From a virus, in the IMG/VR virus record IMGVR_UViG_3300035703_000077, positions 4,390 to 68,389 of that record: a stretch of 64,000 nucleotides of DNA. The stretch is one strand, 5' to 3'. The notes under the pieces are model-generated. The model saw only the letters and a program-made list of their open reading frames with translations, had not been told where the DNA came from and ran no database searches. Position 1 is the first letter of the stretch, and the number at the start of each line of letters is the position of its first letter. The position numbers and the translations under genes were made by a program. Shown piece after piece: positions 61,406 to 64,000 of the stretch.

Positions 61406-62108
61406 TTTGTATGTTTTTATATTTCCATTTATACCCAAATGCCGTTTTATTTCTTCCTGTGAGACAGTGTCTTATGGTACCGACATTTATATTTAACTCA
61501 TTAGCAGCATCAATTGCTGATTTAAATTCACAAATTATATCACCAACGAGGTTGAGCTGGTAGATAGGTTTTTTATTTCGTTCATGTATCTTGTCTAAAA
61601 ACGAATAATCCGTTTTCCTATTTTTAATGGATTCTCGCCAACTGTCCCAATCTGTATTTTGCTTTGCTTTCTTAGATCTATCTTTAAAATCCACTTTGCT
61701 AATTCTTTCTCTCAATACCTTCTTTCGTTCTTCTTCAGTTGCAGTTTCTAACCACAAATTAAGGTGTTTACTGCGAGAAGGGTCGTGTCTTCTAGCGTCT
61801 GAATAATCTATAAATTTTGAGGTATCCCCACCATCTCCCCCTTCTTCTATCAGATTAGCCCACTCCTTAGATTCAACTATATTATACAGTTTGCTTAATT
61901 GTATTCCCATCTCTATTAACTTTTGAATATCAGTTGTTTCAAGAACAATTTCGGTTTTAATATCACAACTTTGTAAGTTATGTTTTTTTATATGACGTTT
62001 CCAAATCTTACCACTTCCAGAGTATAAATGAGGGTCTTTAGTTGTTTTACCAAGATACTTTAAACCCAAAGGACTCGTTTTGATGTATAAAAAATATTTT
62101 GTTTCCAT
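61392..62108 (-). mobile_element. Free-standing GIY-YIG homing endonuclease with NUMOD1/IENR1 tail, inserted in thyA
   Basis: FLYIK...KYLGKT...YSGSG; ANL; C-terminal KPIYQLNLVG...FKSAIDAANEL...TAFGYKWKY. Confidence 0.85.
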
Positions 62109-62120
62109 ATTTGTTTTTAA

Positions 62121-62128
62121 TATAAATA
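62121..62128 (-). promoter_or_regulatory. TATTTATA putative late promoter of the endonuclease (representative of about 18 copies)
   Basis: Same octamer lies just upstream of many structural-gene starts. Confidence 0.55.
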
Positions 62129-62146
62129 TGGTGATTTGTATAAAAA

Positions 62147-62467
62147 CTATAAAGTTTTTCTATCTTTTTCTATTTTGTTACATTCATCTAAATAAAAACG
62201 ATATGCATCCCCATCCCAAATGCGACATTCATTCTCAACCAAATACTTGATGTTTGTATCTCCTCTTAAGAACCATAGTAACTCTGTTACAATTGTTTTA
62301 AATGGCATCTTTTTGGTAGTAAGTAGGGGGAACCCATCTGACATCTTATGTCTAATTTGTCTACCGAATACAGATAGAGTACCAGTACCGGTCCTGTCTG
62401 ATTTAGATATCCCCTGGTAAAGAATATCTTTAACTAATTGTTTATATTGTTCGTCTAAATTATTCAT
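62147..62467 (-). CDS. thyA: Thymidylate synthase, N-terminal part
   Basis: [32 protein letters not shown]; ends in TAG. Confidence 0.9.
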   Translation of the reverse strand: MNNLDEQYKQLVKDILYQGISKSDRTGTGTLSVFGRQIRHKMSDGFPLLTTKKMPFKTIVTELLWFLRGDTNIKYLVENECRIWDGDAYRFYLDECNKIEKDRKTL

Positions 62468-62473
62468 ATTATA

Positions 62474-62704
62474 TTAATTATCTTCTATTGTAACATTGTG
62501 GTCTTCTATTAATGTGTATAATGTATCTCTTATATTTTCGCACATACCTATTTCATCGTTATTTAAAGTATCTTCATTATACTTTATTTTATTTCTTAAA
62601 TAAATGTCCAACTCCCTAATAATAGATTTGTAACTATTACCATTAAGGCAATCATTAAATTCTGTTTGTTCTTGAGGTAAGTTAAATTCTAATTTTGCTT
62701 TCAT
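62474..62704 (-). CDS. Hypothetical protein
   Basis: MKAKLEFNLPQEQTEF N-terminus; start overlaps the upstream stop. Confidence 0.65.
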   Translation of the reverse strand: MKAKLEFNLPQEQTEFNDCLNGNSYKSIIRELDIYLRNKIKYNEDTLNNDEIGMCENIRDTLYTLIEDHNVTIEDN

Positions 62705-63174
62705 CTATTTAATATTTTTATTATTTTTTCTTTAATTCCAGTTTGTTTAATTCCTTCTAAATATCTAGGAGTCCATACAAAGTTATCTTTTAAAAAGTAC
62801 CTCATATCAAGATCATCAACTACCACCCAACTATCGCCATCAGTTAAGTTTTCGGTAACCCACATATCTATCTCACCAGCTCGCTGTCGTTCAAGTAACG
62901 AACTTGGTGGTAAATTAGGCATATAGGTAACAGATATAGGAGATGTTTTAATTCCTCGTTCGGTGTATAATTCTTGTAACTGATCTAATGTAGCCTTATA
63001 TCTCCAATCGGACGATACAACAATTTCACAATTAGTTTCATCTATAATTTGGTTTAAGACCTTAATAGCTTTTTTATCAAAATCGTCAAACTTTGCGTTT
63101 TTCTTAAATCTACTTCCCCAATTATCAGGAAGACAAATGACACCATCGTGATCTAAAAAAAGTATCTTACGCAT
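62701..63174 (-). CDS. HAD-superfamily phosphatase (HAD_SAK-like)
   Basis: LFLDHDGVI, VVSSDWR, R..EI..W, VVVDD. Confidence 0.8.
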   Translation of the reverse strand: MRKILFLDHDGVICLPDNWGSRFKKNAKFDDFDKKAIKVLNQIIDETNCEIVVSSDWRYKATLDQLQELYTERGIKTSPISVTYMPNLPPSSLLERQRAGEIDMWVTENLTDGDSWVVVDDLDMRYFLKDNFVWTPRYLEGIKQTGIKEKIIKILNR

Positions 63175-63371
63175 TACTCATTTGTGTAGTGTTCTAATTG
63201 ATCTTGATTGAAAATGTGAAGCATACCATTATCATCCATTTCGGCAACTATTCTAATGGAACCATTTGTTGTTTCAAAAACAGAAACAATGGTGCAAGGG
63301 AACTTGTAACCCTTTGGCTTCCACGCTTTGTCACCAATTTTAAATTTATAGTTTTTTTCCATATTAGTCAT
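63174..63371 (-). CDS. Small SH3-like hypothetical protein
   Basis: KFKIGDKA...IV.V...LHIFN..QLE; likely start 63371. Confidence 0.6.
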   Translation of the reverse strand: MTNMEKNYKFKIGDKAWKPKGYKFPCTIVSVFETTNGSIRIVAEMDDNGMLHIFNQDQLEHYTNE

Positions 63372-63383
63372 ATTATTTAATAC

Positions 63384-63412
63384 AATATAGTATTTTTTAG
63401 TGATAAAATCAA
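63384..63412 (-). promoter_or_regulatory. Sigma70-type promoter TTGATT-N17-TATATT
   Basis: -35 at 63407-63412, -10 at 63384-63389; heads the HAD-thyA operon. Confidence 0.6.
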
Positions 63413-63414
63413 AT

Positions 63415-63450
63415 AAAAAAACCACCCCAAGTATTAATTAGGATGGTTTT
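63415..63450 (-). terminator. Probable intrinsic terminator
   Basis: AAAACCATCC-loop-GGGTGGTTTT (one G-U pair) followed by a T-run. Confidence 0.55.
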
Positions 63451-63477
63451 ATTTTTATTAGTATTTATATTATTTTA

Positions 63478-63750
63478 TTATTCCAAACCAAACAACTTTA
63501 AAAGATTAAATACCCAAGTTGCAACGGGAATTCCCAATACTTCACTAGTTCCCCATACTGCAGTTACTAAAGATAATAACCTAGCTATTACCGTACCTAA
63601 GTAATTTATTTCTTTTTCTTTAGTTTTAGGATTTATTTTAATAGTTCCATCTGGATTTCTTTTATATACGGCGAATGGCCATATCCACTGTAGTAACGTG
63701 GGTTTTAAATCTTCCCACAACCCTTTTAGTGTATTTATAATTTTATCCAT
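63478..63750 (-). CDS. Small membrane protein
   Basis: Hydrophobic C-terminal half; AAGGA upstream. Confidence 0.6.
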   Translation of the reverse strand: MDKIINTLKGLWEDLKPTLLQWIWPFAVYKRNPDGTIKINPKTKEKEINYLGTVIARLLSLVTAVWGTSEVLGIPVATWVFNLLKLFGLE

Positions 63751-63817
63751 ATATGTTTCCTTTCATTAGTTTGGAATACCAAACGGTTAAATATAAATAT
63801 TAAAATATCATTTTTAA

Positions 63818-64000
63818 TTAATTACGTGGTTTATAAAGACCAAATGTTATGATTTCTAAAAATGACTTTTTTTTAGCCACAGACGTTACAACTTCCGGTG
63901 CTGCAACATTTGCTTCGGGCTTCTTACTAGCAAGGAAGTCGCCGATGATGTGCGCACCAATTTCCGGTGCTGCAACATTTGCTTCGGGCTTCTTACTAGC
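63818..64000 (-). CDS. Partial CDS (3' end) with a repeat at 23-aa spacing
   Basis: Manual translation: ASKKPEANVAAPEIGAHIIGDFLASKKPEANVAAPEVVTSVAKKKSFLEIITFGLYKPRN*. Confidence 0.6.
   Translation of the reverse strand, partial: ASKKPEANVAAPEIGAHIIGDFLASKKPEANVAAPEVVTSVAKKKSFLEIITFGLYKPRN
63893..64000. repeat. 39-nt exact direct repeat, 69-nt period
   Basis: ttccggtgctgcaacatttgcttcgggcttcttactagc at 63893-63931 and 63962-64000 (second copy reaches the window edge). Confidence 0.9.

Noticed and set aside
62117-62149. TAG readthrough or recoded stop joining thyA-N to the endonuclease
   Set aside because: Reading through the TAG meets TAA nine codons later. Other genes are full length under the standard code, so there is no sign of genome-wide recoding.
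61392-62200. Group I intron or intein in thyA
   Set aside because: Flanks are too short and AT-rich for a recognisable intron core. The endonuclease has its own start and stop, and there are no intein C/S...HN termini.
103-63380. Plus-strand ORFs and short nested minus-strand ORFs in the track
   Set aside because: All overlap longer, motif-bearing minus-strand genes and read like antisense or off-frame shadows (e.g. the poly-Pro/His ORFs at 49164-49537 opposite the poly-Gly linker).
2515-63799. TATAAATA on the plus strand as genuine T4 late promoters
   Set aside because: They would point away from the adjacent genes, with no plus-strand genes to drive. Their spacing fits the minus-strand start codons instead.
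63893-64000. CRISPR array (39-nt repeat, 30-nt spacer)
   Set aside because: Only two copies are visible, the period is a multiple of 3 within an open frame that ends in a plausible C-terminus, and there are no cas genes in the window. It cannot be fully excluded without downstream sequence.
1-64000. tRNA/rRNA genes, major capsid protein, tail sheath
   Set aside because: None recognised; they probably lie outside this window.

Overview
An AT-rich 64-kb segment of a large, distantly T4-like myovirus genome. Every credible gene is on the minus strand. In transcription order (right to left) it contains: a nucleotide/auxiliary metabolism block (HAD phosphatase, thymidylate synthase split in two by a free-standing GIY-YIG/NUMOD1 endonuclease, IMPDH/GMPR, peptide deformylase); a lysozyme-like protein; a gp55-like sigma factor; a baseplate/tail block (gp5-like with M15 peptidase, gp25, gp6, large BACON/Ig-repeat proteins); primase; a fused Mre11-Rad50 (gp47-gp46); a Cys-rich tail fibre with an S74 chaperone; a seven-gene glycosylation cluster (GT60-like protein GlcNAc transferase, GT4, UDP-Galp mutase, GT9-like, GT-A, DUF5672-like); a ~1480-aa multidomain polyprotein; and the head module (terminase, portal, prohead protease, small proteins sharing an N-terminal leader). 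Best candidates for novel biology: (1) virion glycosylation with a recurrent [S/T]-G-S motif confined to a subset of tail proteins, which appears as C-G-C/C-G-S in the Cys-rich fibre tip; (2) a capsid-targeting leader plus a polyprotein with [I/L]-x-E junctions that match T4 gp21-type protease sites; (3) an intron-less split thyA. Two promoter classes are visible: TTGAnn-N17-TATATT and TA(T/C)TTATA. All family calls come from motif recognition by eye; no database searches were run.
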